From assembly GCA_966692625.1 (NCBI GenBank), contig CBKZAG010000001.1, positions 21,228-85,227 of the forward strand: 64,000 bases of DNA, given 5' to 3'. Source of the stretch: an uncultured Comamonadaceae bacterium. GTDB lineage: Bacteria > Pseudomonadota > Gammaproteobacteria > Burkholderiales > Burkholderiaceae_C. The notes beneath the pieces were generated by a model. That model was given only the letters and a program-made list of their open reading frames with translations, ran no database searches and was not told the DNA's origin. The position numbers and the translations under genes were made by a program. Of this stretch, positions 28,186-37,764 are shown piece after piece (position 1 is the first letter of the stretch; each line of letters starts with the position of its first letter).

Positions 28186-29078
28186 ACATCGAACCCCTGC
28201 CGGTTGCAGCCAGCCTGCTTGGCGAGTCGCCGCTGTGGCATCCACTGGAAAAAACGCTTTACTGGTGCGACATACCCGGCCGCCGGCTGCACCGCTACGA
28301 CCCGGCCAACGGCCAGCACACCGAGTGGGACTTTGAGCACGACCTGGGGTGTTGCGCCGCGTGCGACGACGGCACCCTCATCGTCGCCCAGCGTGACGGG
28401 CTGATTCGGCTCAACCCTGCTGACGGGACGCGCTCATTGCTGGCACGTGCTCCCTACGACACGGCGGTAGAACGCTTCAACGACGGCAAGACCGACGCCC
28501 AAGGGCGTTTTTGGGTAGGCACCATCTACGAGCCGCGCGACGCTGCCCGGGCATCACTCTACCGGCTGGACGCCGGTGGGCTGCAGCAGGTGGCGGACGG
28601 CATCACCACCAGCAACGGCCTGGCCTGGAGCCCGGACGGGCGCACCATGTACTGGGCCGATACCAAGGCCCATCAAATCACCGCCTGGGACTTCGACCCC
28701 GGCACAGGTATGCCGTCAAACCGCCGTCTTTACGCGGCATTCGCCACACCCGAGGCAGATGCGTCCCCAGACAACTACGGGGGGCGGCCCGACGGCGCCG
28801 CAGTTGATGCCGAGGGCTGCTACTGGGTGGCGATGTTCGAGGGCGCCCGGATCTTGCGGCTGTCGCCCCAGGGTGAAGTTCTGCAGACCGTCAGACTGCC
28901 CGTGCACTGCCCGACGATGCCGTGCTTCGGCGGCCCGGACTTGCGCACCCTCTACATCACCACCGCGCGCGACAAGCGGCCTGCGGCGGAACTGGCAGCC
29001 ATGCCCCTGTCCGGCCGCGTGCTTCAGATGCGCGTGGACGTTCCCGGATTGCCTGCAAACCTTGTGAGAACATCATGA
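28182..29078 (+). CDS. SMP-30/gluconolactonase/LRE-family sugar lactonase
   Basis: ORF 27669..29078, trimmed to the TTG at 28182 (TTGA overlap, AAGGAG upstream). The motifs LGESPLWHP....LYWCDI, RFNDGK.D..GRFW, SNGLAWSPDG and RPDG..VD..G are present. Confidence 0.8.
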   Translation: MNIEPLPVAASLLGESPLWHPLEKTLYWCDIPGRRLHRYDPANGQHTEWDFEHDLGCCAACDDGTLIVAQRDGLIRLNPADGTRSLLARAPYDTAVERFNDGKTDAQGRFWVGTIYEPRDAARASLYRLDAGGLQQVADGITTSNGLAWSPDGRTMYWADTKAHQITAWDFDPGTGMPSNRRLYAAFATPEADASPDNYGGRPDGAAVDAEGCYWVAMFEGARILRLSPQGEVLQTVRLPVHCPTMPCFGGPDLRTLYITTARDKRPAAELAAMPLSGRVLQMRVDVPGLPANLVRTS

Positions 29079-29857
29079 CCATCACACTTTATCCATCGCT
29101 CAAGGACCGCGTCGTCTTCATTTCCGGCGGCAGTTCGGGCATCGGCGCCGAACTCGTGCGGGCTTTTGCCGCACAGGGCGCAAAGGTGGCCTTCTGCGGC
29201 CTGCGCGCCGACGGGGGCCAGGCGCTCGTCGAGGAAGTCACAGCGGCGGGGCACGCCGAACCGTGGTTCGCCCCTTGCGACGTGCGCGACGTGGCGGCCT
29301 ACCAGGCACTGCTGGCCGACGTGGCCAAGCGCCTCGGGCCGGTACGCGTTCTCGTCAACAACGCCGGCCGCGACGACCGCCACACGATGGAGGAGGTCAC
29401 ACCAGAATACTGGGACGAGCGGCTGGCGCTGAACCTCAAGCACTACTTCTTTGCGATCCAGGCGGTCGCCCCTGGAATGGCCGAGGCCGGCGGTGGATCG
29501 ATCATCAACATGGGATCGGTTTCGTGGATGCGCGGGCGGCCCAACCTTGTGGGATACACCACCGCGAAGGCGGGCATTCTCGGCCTCACCCGGACCTTGG
29601 CGCGTGAACTGGGCGGGCGAAACATCCGTGTCAACGCCATCGTGCCGGGCGCCATCGTCACGGAACGCCAGACGACGCTGCACCGCGATCCAGACGCCGA
29701 CCGCGCTTTTCTGGATGCGCAGTGCCTCAAGGTCCGGCTGTATCCCGAGCATGTTGCGCGGCCCACGCTGTTCCTGGCAGCCGACGACAGCGACGGCATG
29801 ACCGGGCAGCACGTGCTGGTGGACGCCGGCATTGCGCAGCAGTCCATCGTGTCGTGA
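29075..29857 (+). CDS. SDR-family oxidoreductase
   Basis: ORF 28922..29857, trimmed to the ATG at 29075 (ATGA overlap). Cofactor motif SGGSSGIG, NNAG and catalytic YTTAK are present. Confidence 0.85.
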   Translation: MTITLYPSLKDRVVFISGGSSGIGAELVRAFAAQGAKVAFCGLRADGGQALVEEVTAAGHAEPWFAPCDVRDVAAYQALLADVAKRLGPVRVLVNNAGRDDRHTMEEVTPEYWDERLALNLKHYFFAIQAVAPGMAEAGGGSIINMGSVSWMRGRPNLVGYTTAKAGILGLTRTLARELGGRNIRVNAIVPGAIVTERQTTLHRDPDADRAFLDAQCLKVRLYPEHVARPTLFLAADDSDGMTGQHVLVDAGIAQQSIVS

Positions 29858-29868
29858 GCGGGGGAGCC

Positions 29869-31350
29869 ATGAACCAACGTACAGATTCACCGCTGGCGCA
29901 GCTGGCCGACGCTACGCTGCTGCGCTTCGACGCATTGATCGGAGGCACGTGGACAGCGGGCGGCGCACGCTTTCCCGTCGTGGACCCGGCCACCGGCATC
30001 ACACTGGCCGAAGTGGCCAACCTGGGGCATGAGGAGGCGCAGGAGGCCATTGCGGCCGCCGATCGCGCCGGGCCCGCCTGGCGTGCCCAGACCGCCAAGC
30101 AGCGGGCAGCCGTCTTGCAGCGCTGGGCGGCGCTCTTGCATGCGCACGCCGATGACCTTGCCCGCATCATGACGGCCGAGCAAGGCAAGCCGCTGGCCGA
30201 AGCCCGGGCCGAGATCGGCTTTGGGGCCAGTTTCATTGAATGGTTTGCCGAGGAGTCCCGGCGGGTCTACGGCGAGACGATCCCGACCACCGACACGGAC
30301 AAACGCTACCTCGTGATCCGCCAGCCCATCGGCGTATGCGCGGCGATCACCCCCTGGAACTTCCCGGTCGCAATGATCACCCGCAAGGTTGCACCGGCTC
30401 TTGCCGCGGGGTGCACGGTGGTTGTCAAACCTGCGGAGCAGACCCCCTTGTGCGCCCTGGCCGTGGCAGAACTGGGACGCCGCGCCGGTTTGCCGGACGG
30501 GGTGCTCAACGTCGTGACGGGGGACGGCGAACACTCCATCGCCATTGGCCGTGCCCTGTGTGAACACGACATGGTTCGACACCTCTCCTTCACCGGAAGC
30601 ACCGAGGTTGGCCGAATCCTGATGCAGCAATGCGCACCCACGATCAAGAAGCTGTCGCTGGAGCTGGGCGGAAATGCACCGTTCATCGTGTTTGACGATG
30701 CCGACCTTGACGCGGCCGTCGAAGGAGCTTTGATCAGCAAGTTCCGCAACGCTGGGCAAACCTGTGTCTGTGCAAACCGCCTGTACGTACAAGCCGGTGT
30801 GTACGACCGTTTCGTACAGAAGCTGGCGGCCAGAGCGGGCGAGATCCGGGTTGGCAACGGGTTTGACGATGGGGTGCAGCAGGGGCCGCTGATCGATGCA
30901 GATGCGCTGACCAAGGTTGAGATGCACGTTGCCGACGCCACAGCCAAAGGTGCGCGCGTGGTTGTGGGCGGCGAGCGCACCGGCGTGAACAGCTACGCGC
31001 CCACCGTGCTGGCGGAGGCGAACGACGCCATGTTGTGCGCCCGCGAGGAGACTTTCGGCCCCGTCGCGCCGGTGTTCCGCTTCGATACGGAGGCCGAGGT
31101 CATCGCGCTCGCGAACGCGACCGAGTTCGGCTTGGCCAGCTACTTTTTCAGCCGCGACCTTGGCCGCATCTTCCGTGTCGGCGAAGCGCTGGAATACGGC
31201 ATGGTGGGGGTCAACACGGGCTTGATCTCGACGGCGGAGGTACCGTTCGGGGGCGTCAAACAGTCGGGACTTGGGCGTGAAGGCTCCCGCCACGGCATGG
31301 ACGAGTACCTGGAGACCAAGTACCTGTGCCTTGCAGGCATCGCCGCCTGA
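29869..31350 (+). CDS. NAD(P)-dependent aldehyde dehydrogenase (GabD / semialdehyde or glycolaldehyde/lactaldehyde dehydrogenase-like)
   Basis: ORF 29722..31350, trimmed to the ATG at 29869. The motifs ITPWNFP, catalytic-Glu region LELGGNAP and catalytic-Cys region GQTCVCANR are present. Confidence 0.9.
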   Translation: MNQRTDSPLAQLADATLLRFDALIGGTWTAGGARFPVVDPATGITLAEVANLGHEEAQEAIAAADRAGPAWRAQTAKQRAAVLQRWAALLHAHADDLARIMTAEQGKPLAEARAEIGFGASFIEWFAEESRRVYGETIPTTDTDKRYLVIRQPIGVCAAITPWNFPVAMITRKVAPALAAGCTVVVKPAEQTPLCALAVAELGRRAGLPDGVLNVVTGDGEHSIAIGRALCEHDMVRHLSFTGSTEVGRILMQQCAPTIKKLSLELGGNAPFIVFDDADLDAAVEGALISKFRNAGQTCVCANRLYVQAGVYDRFVQKLAARAGEIRVGNGFDDGVQQGPLIDADALTKVEMHVADATAKGARVVVGGERTGVNSYAPTVLAEANDAMLCAREETFGPVAPVFRFDTEAEVIALANATEFGLASYFFSRDLGRIFRVGEALEYGMVGVNTGLISTAEVPFGGVKQSGLGREGSRHGMDEYLETKYLCLAGIAA

Positions 31351-31362
31351 GCGTGACATGGC

Positions 31363-32142
31363 ATGTCATCCATGACACTGCTGCAGCATGCAGCTTACCT
31401 GGCTTGCGTGGCCGCCGCCTGTTATGTACAGAACCTGACGGGTTTTGCGTTTGGCCTCGTCTTGCTGGGTCTGGCGGGGCTGACCGAGGTGGCGGCCCTG
31501 CCTGACGTGACCAACGTCGTCAGTGTTCTGGTTCTGGTCAACGCGATCGGGCTGTTCCGCTCGTCCCGCCCTCAATTCGACCGCGACGCCATGGTCCCGG
31601 TCATGGCGACTTCCTTGCCGGGCGTGCTGGGCGGTGTCTTGCTGCTCGGCTGGCTGGGCGACAACGTGGTGGTGGTCCTCGAACTGCTCCTGGGGCTGAC
31701 GATCTTTGTCTGCGCCGGTGTGCTGCTGTTCGAGGCGAAAGCGCGGCCTGCGCGGTCGTCGCGGGCCAGCTTCGCGGGCGTCGGCCTGGTGTCCGGGGTG
31801 CTGGGCGGTCTGTTTTCCACGGCCGGCCCTCCGCTGGTATTCCACTTCTACCGGCAACCGCTTCCTTTTCGCGTGATTCGCGACACGCTGGTGGCCATCT
31901 TTGCCGTGAACGCGGTGGTGCGGCTGGCCCTGATGGCAGGCACAGGTCGTTTCGGCAGCGACGCTCTGTGGCTCAGCATCGAGGCCGTGCCCTTGGTGTT
32001 GCTGCAGACGCGCTTGATGGCCCGCTGGCCGCCGCGGTGGCAGCCCCGGACGATCAAGCTTGTGGTCTGCGTGCTCCTGGTGTTCGTTGCTGCAGGGCTT
32101 GTGGTTCCTGCACTGCAGACGGTTTGGGCGCGGAGCCTTTGA
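31363..32142 (+). CDS. TauE/SafE-family (sulfite exporter-like) membrane protein
   Basis: A 259-aa, roughly 8-TM hydrophobic protein with GxGxG-rich helices (GVGLVSGVLGGLFSTAGPP). Confidence 0.7.
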   Translation: MSSMTLLQHAAYLACVAAACYVQNLTGFAFGLVLLGLAGLTEVAALPDVTNVVSVLVLVNAIGLFRSSRPQFDRDAMVPVMATSLPGVLGGVLLLGWLGDNVVVVLELLLGLTIFVCAGVLLFEAKARPARSSRASFAGVGLVSGVLGGLFSTAGPPLVFHFYRQPLPFRVIRDTLVAIFAVNAVVRLALMAGTGRFGSDALWLSIEAVPLVLLQTRLMARWPPRWQPRTIKLVVCVLLVFVAAGLVVPALQTVWARSL

Positions 32143-33322
32143 GCTGCGCCAATGATGTGACCCCGGCACAGACCAGCAACACCGGGCCCAGCCACAGGCC
32201 CGCTTCAAGGCGGCCCGAAGCATCTGCAATCCAACCCGCCAGCACCGGCCCGATGGACTGCCCCAGGGAGAAAGCGGCCGTCAGGGCGCCCAGGGCGCCT
32301 GCCAGTTGAGGCGCTGGCAGCATTCGCTGGGCGACCAGGCTCACCGCGGCAGGCCCGGCCATGAAGCTGGCACCGAAGACAAGCGCCGAAAACGCGAGCG
32401 AAGGCAGAAGAGGGGAGAGCAGCACCGGAACCGATCCGATGGCCACACAGACAGAGACGACGGCAAAGCCGTGGCCGTTGCGCAGCCTTGCCAGGCCCCG
32501 ACCCCATGCGGGCGTGGCAAGCAGCGAGGCCAGTCCGAGGGCACAGAAGAAAATGGACGTAGCCGTTGTGCTGTATCCCTGCTGACGCAGCAACGCGATG
32601 ACGAAGGTCGTGTAGCCGACATAACCCGCGCCAAAGAGGGCATTGGCCGCCAGGCTGGGCCACAAAGGCCTGAGGCCGCTTCCATCTTGCGCGCGCGGCT
32701 GGTGGGCGTTGCCGCCGGGCAGCGCCTTGGCCGCCGCGGTGCTGACGAAGGCCGCCAGAACGGCCGCAGCCCCCATCAGCAGCCAGGCGGCCTGCCAGCC
32801 GTTCGCACTGGCTTCCACCCAATGCGGCAGCACGCTGCCCGCCAGCACCATGCCCATGCCAGAGCCGCCAAAGTAGCAGGCAAGGGCGGTGGCAGGCCGC
32901 TGTGGCATGGCACGTGCGGCCAAGGCCGTGCCCAGCACAAAGGTCACGGCCGTGCTCACGCCGCCGAAAAAGCGCACGGTCATGAACGTGTGCCAATCAT
33001 CCACCAGGCCGCTGAGCAGCAGTGCAAGAGCACTGAGCAGCATGCTGGCGCCAAAGCCTTTGCTTTCGCCCCAGCGGCGCCCGATGAACGCCGAAGCGGC
33101 GGCGCCGATCAGGTAGCCCAGGCCGTTGGCCGTGTTCAAAGCGCCCGCTTGCGACAGGCTCCAGCCCAGGTCGCTTTGCATGGCCGGCAGCAGGAGCGCG
33201 TAGGAAAAACGCGAAAAACCCAGCGCCACCAGCGGCGCCAACGCCAGCGCCAGGACTTTTGACAAGCCGTTGAACCGGGTACTGATGCTTGTGCCGTCCG
33301 CGGTGTCGCTCGCGGTATTCAT
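32054..33322 (-). CDS. MFS transporter (YbfB/YjiJ-like)
   Basis: ORF 32054..33487, trimmed to the ATG at 33322 (ATGA overlap with the upstream GntR stop). FSRFSYALLLPAMQSDLGWSLSQAGALNTANGLGYLIGA is typical of this subfamily. Confidence 0.75.
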   Translation of the reverse strand: MNTASDTADGTSISTRFNGLSKVLALALAPLVALGFSRFSYALLLPAMQSDLGWSLSQAGALNTANGLGYLIGAAASAFIGRRWGESKGFGASMLLSALALLLSGLVDDWHTFMTVRFFGGVSTAVTFVLGTALAARAMPQRPATALACYFGGSGMGMVLAGSVLPHWVEASANGWQAAWLLMGAAAVLAAFVSTAAAKALPGGNAHQPRAQDGSGLRPLWPSLAANALFGAGYVGYTTFVIALLRQQGYSTTATSIFFCALGLASLLATPAWGRGLARLRNGHGFAVVSVCVAIGSVPVLLSPLLPSLAFSALVFGASFMAGPAAVSLVAQRMLPAPQLAGALGALTAAFSLGQSIGPVLAGWIADASGRLEAGLWLGPVLLVCAGVTSLAQLKGSAPKPSAVQEPQALQQRTPGARRPQA

Positions 33323-34062
33323 GACCGCTGACCGAACAGTTTCAAAAGGTCGACGTCTGTGGAGGGTGGTTCGAGCCGCAGCTTGCGTTCGGCACTTTGC
33401 AGGTGTTCGTCCATCAGTTGGCAGGCACGCTCGGCGTCGCCTGCGGCAATGGCGTCGAGAATGGCCGTGTGCTCTTCGAACGAGCACACATTGCGCCCGG
33501 GCGCAATGTAGAGCGCCTTCATCAGCGTCGTGCGCGCCACCAGGGCGTTCATGATTTCTTCCAGCTCGTGGTTGCCCAGGATGCGTGCTGCCGCCAAGTG
33601 GTACTCGCCAGACAGGCGAATCCAGTTGGTGCGGTCACCCTTCTGGTAAGCCTGTGTCTCGTCATCGACCAGGCGGCGAAGGCCGGTGATGTCGCCAGGC
33701 CGTGCGCAGGCACACAGGCGACGCATCAGCCCCCCTTCAATCAGGCGGCGCACCTCGAAAACCTCGTGCATCTCGGTCTGGGTGGGTTGCGCCACCGCAG
33801 CGCCCTTGTTGTGCTGCAGCTCCACGACCTTTTCGTTTGCCAGGCGAACCAGCACCCGCCGCAACAGAGAGCGGTTTACCCCAAAGGCTTCGCACAGCGG
33901 CGTTTCCACCAGACGCGTGCCAGGAGGGAGTTTTTGTGACAAAACGGCATCGACGATCGCTTTGTGAACACGCGTTTCGTCCGCCAGTTCCTGAGACTGG
34001 CCAGCGTCGTCAGCGTCCGCTGCGGGCGCGATCTGGAGGGGTTTGTTCCTGGGGCGTGCCAT
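33319..34062 (-). CDS. GntR-family transcriptional regulator (FCD domain)
   Basis: wHTH (LVETPLCEAFGVNRSLLRRVLVRLANEKVV) followed by an FCD-like domain (His-rich: EEH...). Confidence 0.85.
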   Translation of the reverse strand: MARPRNKPLQIAPAADADDAGQSQELADETRVHKAIVDAVLSQKLPPGTRLVETPLCEAFGVNRSLLRRVLVRLANEKVVELQHNKGAAVAQPTQTEMHEVFEVRRLIEGGLMRRLCACARPGDITGLRRLVDDETQAYQKGDRTNWIRLSGEYHLAAARILGNHELEEIMNALVARTTLMKALYIAPGRNVCSFEEHTAILDAIAAGDAERACQLMDEHLQSAERKLRLEPPSTDVDLLKLFGQRS

Positions 34063-34216
34063 GTTGATCCCTGTAAGAAAGGCTGAATTGTGCCATGCGG
34101 GTTTCTATGGTAACAAACGCCTGAATAATTGTTGCAAAACTTTTTATTTATGTGACAATAATCCCACGAATCGACACAAGACGTCGATCGAGCTGACCAA
34201 CCCAAGAGGAGACATC

Positions 34217-35812
34217 GTGAAGCAGCAACTTTTTTCCCGCGCCCTGGTGGCACTGATCGCTGGCCTGGGCCTGCAAACCGGCATGGCGCAGGCGCCAGCC
34301 CAATCGCTGACCTGGTCTGCCAACCTGGACGCGCTGTCCATGGACCCGCACTCGACCAACAACAGCTTCACCAACGCATTCGTGAGCAACATCTACGAAG
34401 CGCTGGTCCGTTTCAATGACAAGCTGCAGATCGAGCCCGCGCTGGCAACCTCCTGGAAGGTGGTCAGCCCCACGGTCTGGCGCTTCACGTTGCGCCAAGG
34501 GGTGAAGTTCCACAACGGCGAGACGTTCGATGCCGATGACGTGGTGTTTTCCTGGCAACGGGTGAACACCCCAGGTTCACTGGTCAAGGGCAACCTCAGC
34601 GACATCAAAGACGTGCGCAAGGTTGACGCCAACACGGTGGACGTGGAAACGCACAACCCCATGCCCATCCTGACCAATGAACTGGTGCAGCTTCTGGTCA
34701 TGGACAAGGGGTGGTCTGAAGCAAACCGCTCCACCGAAGCCAGCGACCTGCAGAAACAGAAGGAAAACCACGCCAACCGCAACACCAACGGCACCGGCCC
34801 CTTCATGCTGAAGCAGCGTGACGTTGACACCCGCACGGTGCTGACGGCCTTTGCAGGCTGGTGGGACAAGCCCAGGCACAACCTGGGCGAGGTGACGTTC
34901 ATGCCCATCAAGTCGGATGCGACCCGCACCTCGGCCCTGATCAGCGGCAGCATCGACGTTTCCGTCAGCGTCCCGCTGCAGGACGTCCCACGCCTGCAAT
35001 CCAGCGGTGTAGACGTGGTCCAAGGCCCTGAGCTGCGCACCATCTTCCTGGGCATGGACCAGGAGCGCGACGAGTTGCTCTACAGCGATGTCAAGGGCAA
35101 GAACCCCTTCAAGGACAAACGTGTCCGCCAGGCGGTCTACCATGCCATCGACATCGAAGCGATCAAGCGCTCGGTGATGCGCAACGCCTCGTGGCCTGCT
35201 GGCACTCTGTTGTCGCCATACCTCAATGGCTCGCCCAACTCGCTCAACAAGCGCTTGCTGTCCTACGACCAGGCCGCCGCGAAGAAACTGCTGGCCGACG
35301 CGGGCTACCCCAACGGTTTCACCGTGGGCATGCAATGCCCGAACGACCGCTACGTCTACGACGAGGCGATCTGCCTGGCCATCTCTTCCATGCTGGCGCG
35401 CGTGGGCATCAAGACCAACTTGACGATCGAACCGACGGCGCGCTGGAGCGTCCGGCTCAACACCAATGACGTGTCCTTCTACATCGTTGGCCACGCCGGG
35501 CTGCCCATGGCAGACTCTTACGGTTTGCTCAAAGACGTGGTGCACACCCGCACCCAGAGGGAAGGCTCCCTGAATGCCGGCCGCTACAGCAACCCCAAGT
35601 TTGACGCCTACCTGCCCCGTATCGCAGCCGAAATCGATACGGCCAGACGCAACAAGCTGATCGAGGAAGCCGTTGCACTTGAGCGGGAGGACATTTCGCA
35701 TGTGCCACTGCACCAGCAGCCCATCACCTGGGCTGCGCGCAAGGGTATCCAACTGGCCCAGGCGCCCGACAACCAGATGCGGCTGTGGCTGGTACGCGCA
35801 CCGGCCAAGTAA
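34217..35812 (+). CDS. ABC transporter substrate-binding protein, family 5 (peptide/nickel/opine type)
   Basis: ORF 34043..35812, trimmed to the GTG at 34217, which is preceded by GAGGAGA. Signal peptide ending MAQA; SBP_bac_5-like body. Confidence 0.85.
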   Translation: MKQQLFSRALVALIAGLGLQTGMAQAPAQSLTWSANLDALSMDPHSTNNSFTNAFVSNIYEALVRFNDKLQIEPALATSWKVVSPTVWRFTLRQGVKFHNGETFDADDVVFSWQRVNTPGSLVKGNLSDIKDVRKVDANTVDVETHNPMPILTNELVQLLVMDKGWSEANRSTEASDLQKQKENHANRNTNGTGPFMLKQRDVDTRTVLTAFAGWWDKPRHNLGEVTFMPIKSDATRTSALISGSIDVSVSVPLQDVPRLQSSGVDVVQGPELRTIFLGMDQERDELLYSDVKGKNPFKDKRVRQAVYHAIDIEAIKRSVMRNASWPAGTLLSPYLNGSPNSLNKRLLSYDQAAAKKLLADAGYPNGFTVGMQCPNDRYVYDEAICLAISSMLARVGIKTNLTIEPTARWSVRLNTNDVSFYIVGHAGLPMADSYGLLKDVVHTRTQREGSLNAGRYSNPKFDAYLPRIAAEIDTARRNKLIEEAVALEREDISHVPLHQQPITWAARKGIQLAQAPDNQMRLWLVRAPAK

Positions 35813-35839
35813 CAGAAGCATCAAGCGCAGTTAAGCAAA

Positions 35840-36808
35840 ATGATCCGCTTCATCACTGCCCGGCTGGCCAATGGCTTGCTGGTGATGGCTGTCGTCTCTC
35901 TGCTGGCCTTTGGCCTGTTCAACTTCATCGGTGACCCGGTCAACAACCTCGCGGGAGAGAACGCGACCGCCGAAGAAAAAGCAGCCCTGCGCGAAAGCCT
36001 GGGGCTGGACCAGCCGCTGCCCCTGCAGTACCTGCGCTTCGTGGGCAGGGCACTGCAGGGCGAGTTCGGTGTTTCGTACCGCAACCTCGAACCGGTGGCG
36101 CAGGTCATCGCCTCGCGCCTGCCCGCAACGCTGGAGCTCGCTCTGGTGGCTGCCGTGCTGGCGCTGGCGGTGGGCATTCCCCTTGGGGTGTACAGCGGCA
36201 TACGGCCACGCTCGGCTGGCGCCCGCGCACTGCAGGTGGCGTCGCTGGTCGGGATTTCGGTGCCATCCTTCGTCACCGGTATCCTGCTCATACTCGTGTT
36301 TTCGGTCGGCCTGAACTGGCTGCCCGCGTTCGGGCGCGGGGAACTGACTCAGGTGGGTGGCTGGAACACCGGGTTGCTGACCGCCAGCGGCTGGGCGTCG
36401 CTGGTGATGCCCGCCATCACACTGGCCTTGTTCCAGCTCACGCTGTTCATGCGGCTGACCCGCACGCAGATGATGGAAGTCATGCGCACCGAGTACATCA
36501 AGTTCGCCCGGGCACGTGGCCTGCGGGAGCGCTCGGTGCACTTCAAGCACGCGTTGCGCAACACGCTGATCCCCATCATCACCGTGGCAGGCTTGCAGAT
36601 CGGCGCCATGATCGCTTTCTCGATCATCACCGAGACCGTGTTCCAGTGGCCAGGACTCGGGCTGCTCATCATCCAGGCCATCACCTTCAGCGACGTGCCC
36701 GTCATCGCAGCCTACCTCCTGCTGATTGCACTGCTGTTTGTCGTCATCAACACCGTGGTCGACCTGCTGTATTTCGCCGTCGATCCGCGCCTGCGCACCT
36801 CGCGCTGA
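35840..36808 (+). CDS. ABC transporter permease (DppB/OppB-like)
   Basis: N-terminus MIRFITARLANGLLVMAVVSLLAF..GDPV, plus an EAA-like loop (YIKFARARGL). Confidence 0.9.
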   Translation: MIRFITARLANGLLVMAVVSLLAFGLFNFIGDPVNNLAGENATAEEKAALRESLGLDQPLPLQYLRFVGRALQGEFGVSYRNLEPVAQVIASRLPATLELALVAAVLALAVGIPLGVYSGIRPRSAGARALQVASLVGISVPSFVTGILLILVFSVGLNWLPAFGRGELTQVGGWNTGLLTASGWASLVMPAITLALFQLTLFMRLTRTQMMEVMRTEYIKFARARGLRERSVHFKHALRNTLIPIITVAGLQIGAMIAFSIITETVFQWPGLGLLIIQAITFSDVPVIAAYLLLIALLFVVINTVVDLLYFAVDPRLRTSR

Positions 36809-36824
36809 GAGGAGCCCCCCCATC

Positions 36825-37748
36825 ATGAACACACTCGTTTCGGGCTGGCGCCGTGTGCGCAATGCCGATCTGGTCTGGCAATTGCGCCGTTCCCCCGAGG
36901 CCATGATCGCGGCCTTCCTGCTGGTGGTTTACGCGGTGATGGCTTTGGCCGCGCCCTGGCTGGCACCGCAGAACCCCTTCGACCCCGCTGCGCTCGACAT
37001 CCTCGACGCCCGCATGCCTCCCGTCTGGATGGAAGGCGGTCAATGGCGCTTTCTGCTGGGCACCGACGGCCAGGGCCGTGACCTGGTCTCGGTCATGCTT
37101 TACGGCTTGCGCATTTCGCTGCTGGTCGGTCTGGCGTCCACAGCGGTGGCCATGGCACTGGGTGTGGCGCTTGGCCTGCTGGCGGGTTACAGCGGCGGCC
37201 GGCTGGATGCGCTCATCATGCGCGCTGCCGACGTCCAGCTGAGCTTTCCCGCCATCCTCGTGGCGCTGCTGATCGACGGTCTGTCTCGCACGGTGATGCC
37301 GCGCGAGATCTACGAAGAGATGTCGCTGTACATCGTGGTGCTGGCCATCGCGCTTGCCAACTGGGTGCAATACGCCCGCACGGTGCGCGGCTTGACGCTC
37401 GTCGAAAAAGACAAGGACTACGTCAATGCCGCACGTCTGATTGGCATGGGCCGCATTCGCATCCTGTGGCGGCACGTGCTGCCCAATGTGCTGAGCCCTG
37501 TGATGGTGATCGCAACACTGTCCATCGGCTTGGCCATCCTCACCGAGGCCACGCTGAGCTTTCTGGGGCTGGGCGTTCCCGCCAGCTCACCTTCTCTGGG
37601 CACCCTGATCCGCATCGGCAATGAAGTGCTGTTCTCCGGCGAGTGGTGGATCACCGTCATGCCCGGTCTGCTGCTGGTGGGCCTGGTGCTGGGGGTCAAC
37701 CTGTTTGGCGACTGGCTGCGTGACGTCCTCAACCCCCGGCTGAAATGA
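36825..37748 (+). CDS. ABC transporter permease (DppC/OppC-like)
   Basis: ORF 36726..37748, trimmed to the ATG at 36825. The motifs LGTDGQGRD and DYVNAARLIGMG are present. Confidence 0.9.
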   Translation: MNTLVSGWRRVRNADLVWQLRRSPEAMIAAFLLVVYAVMALAAPWLAPQNPFDPAALDILDARMPPVWMEGGQWRFLLGTDGQGRDLVSVMLYGLRISLLVGLASTAVAMALGVALGLLAGYSGGRLDALIMRAADVQLSFPAILVALLIDGLSRTVMPREIYEEMSLYIVVLAIALANWVQYARTVRGLTLVEKDKDYVNAARLIGMGRIRILWRHVLPNVLSPVMVIATLSIGLAILTEATLSFLGLGVPASSPSLGTLIRIGNEVLFSGEWWITVMPGLLLVGLVLGVNLFGDWLRDVLNPRLK

Positions 37749-37764
37749 GATGAAGGAACCACAC

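Noticed and set aside
27034-29868. Long 5' extensions of listed ORFs 27034..28185, 27669..29078, 28922..29857 and 29722..31350
   Set aside because: Each extension overlaps the preceding well-supported gene out of frame. In-frame starts with ATGA/TTGA coupling or a Shine-Dalgarno sequence give proteins of family-typical length.
29887-31359. A 490-aa minus-strand ORF opposite the aldehyde dehydrogenase gene
   Set aside because: It is a shadow ORF. The plus strand encodes a complete ALDH with catalytic Cys and Glu motifs.
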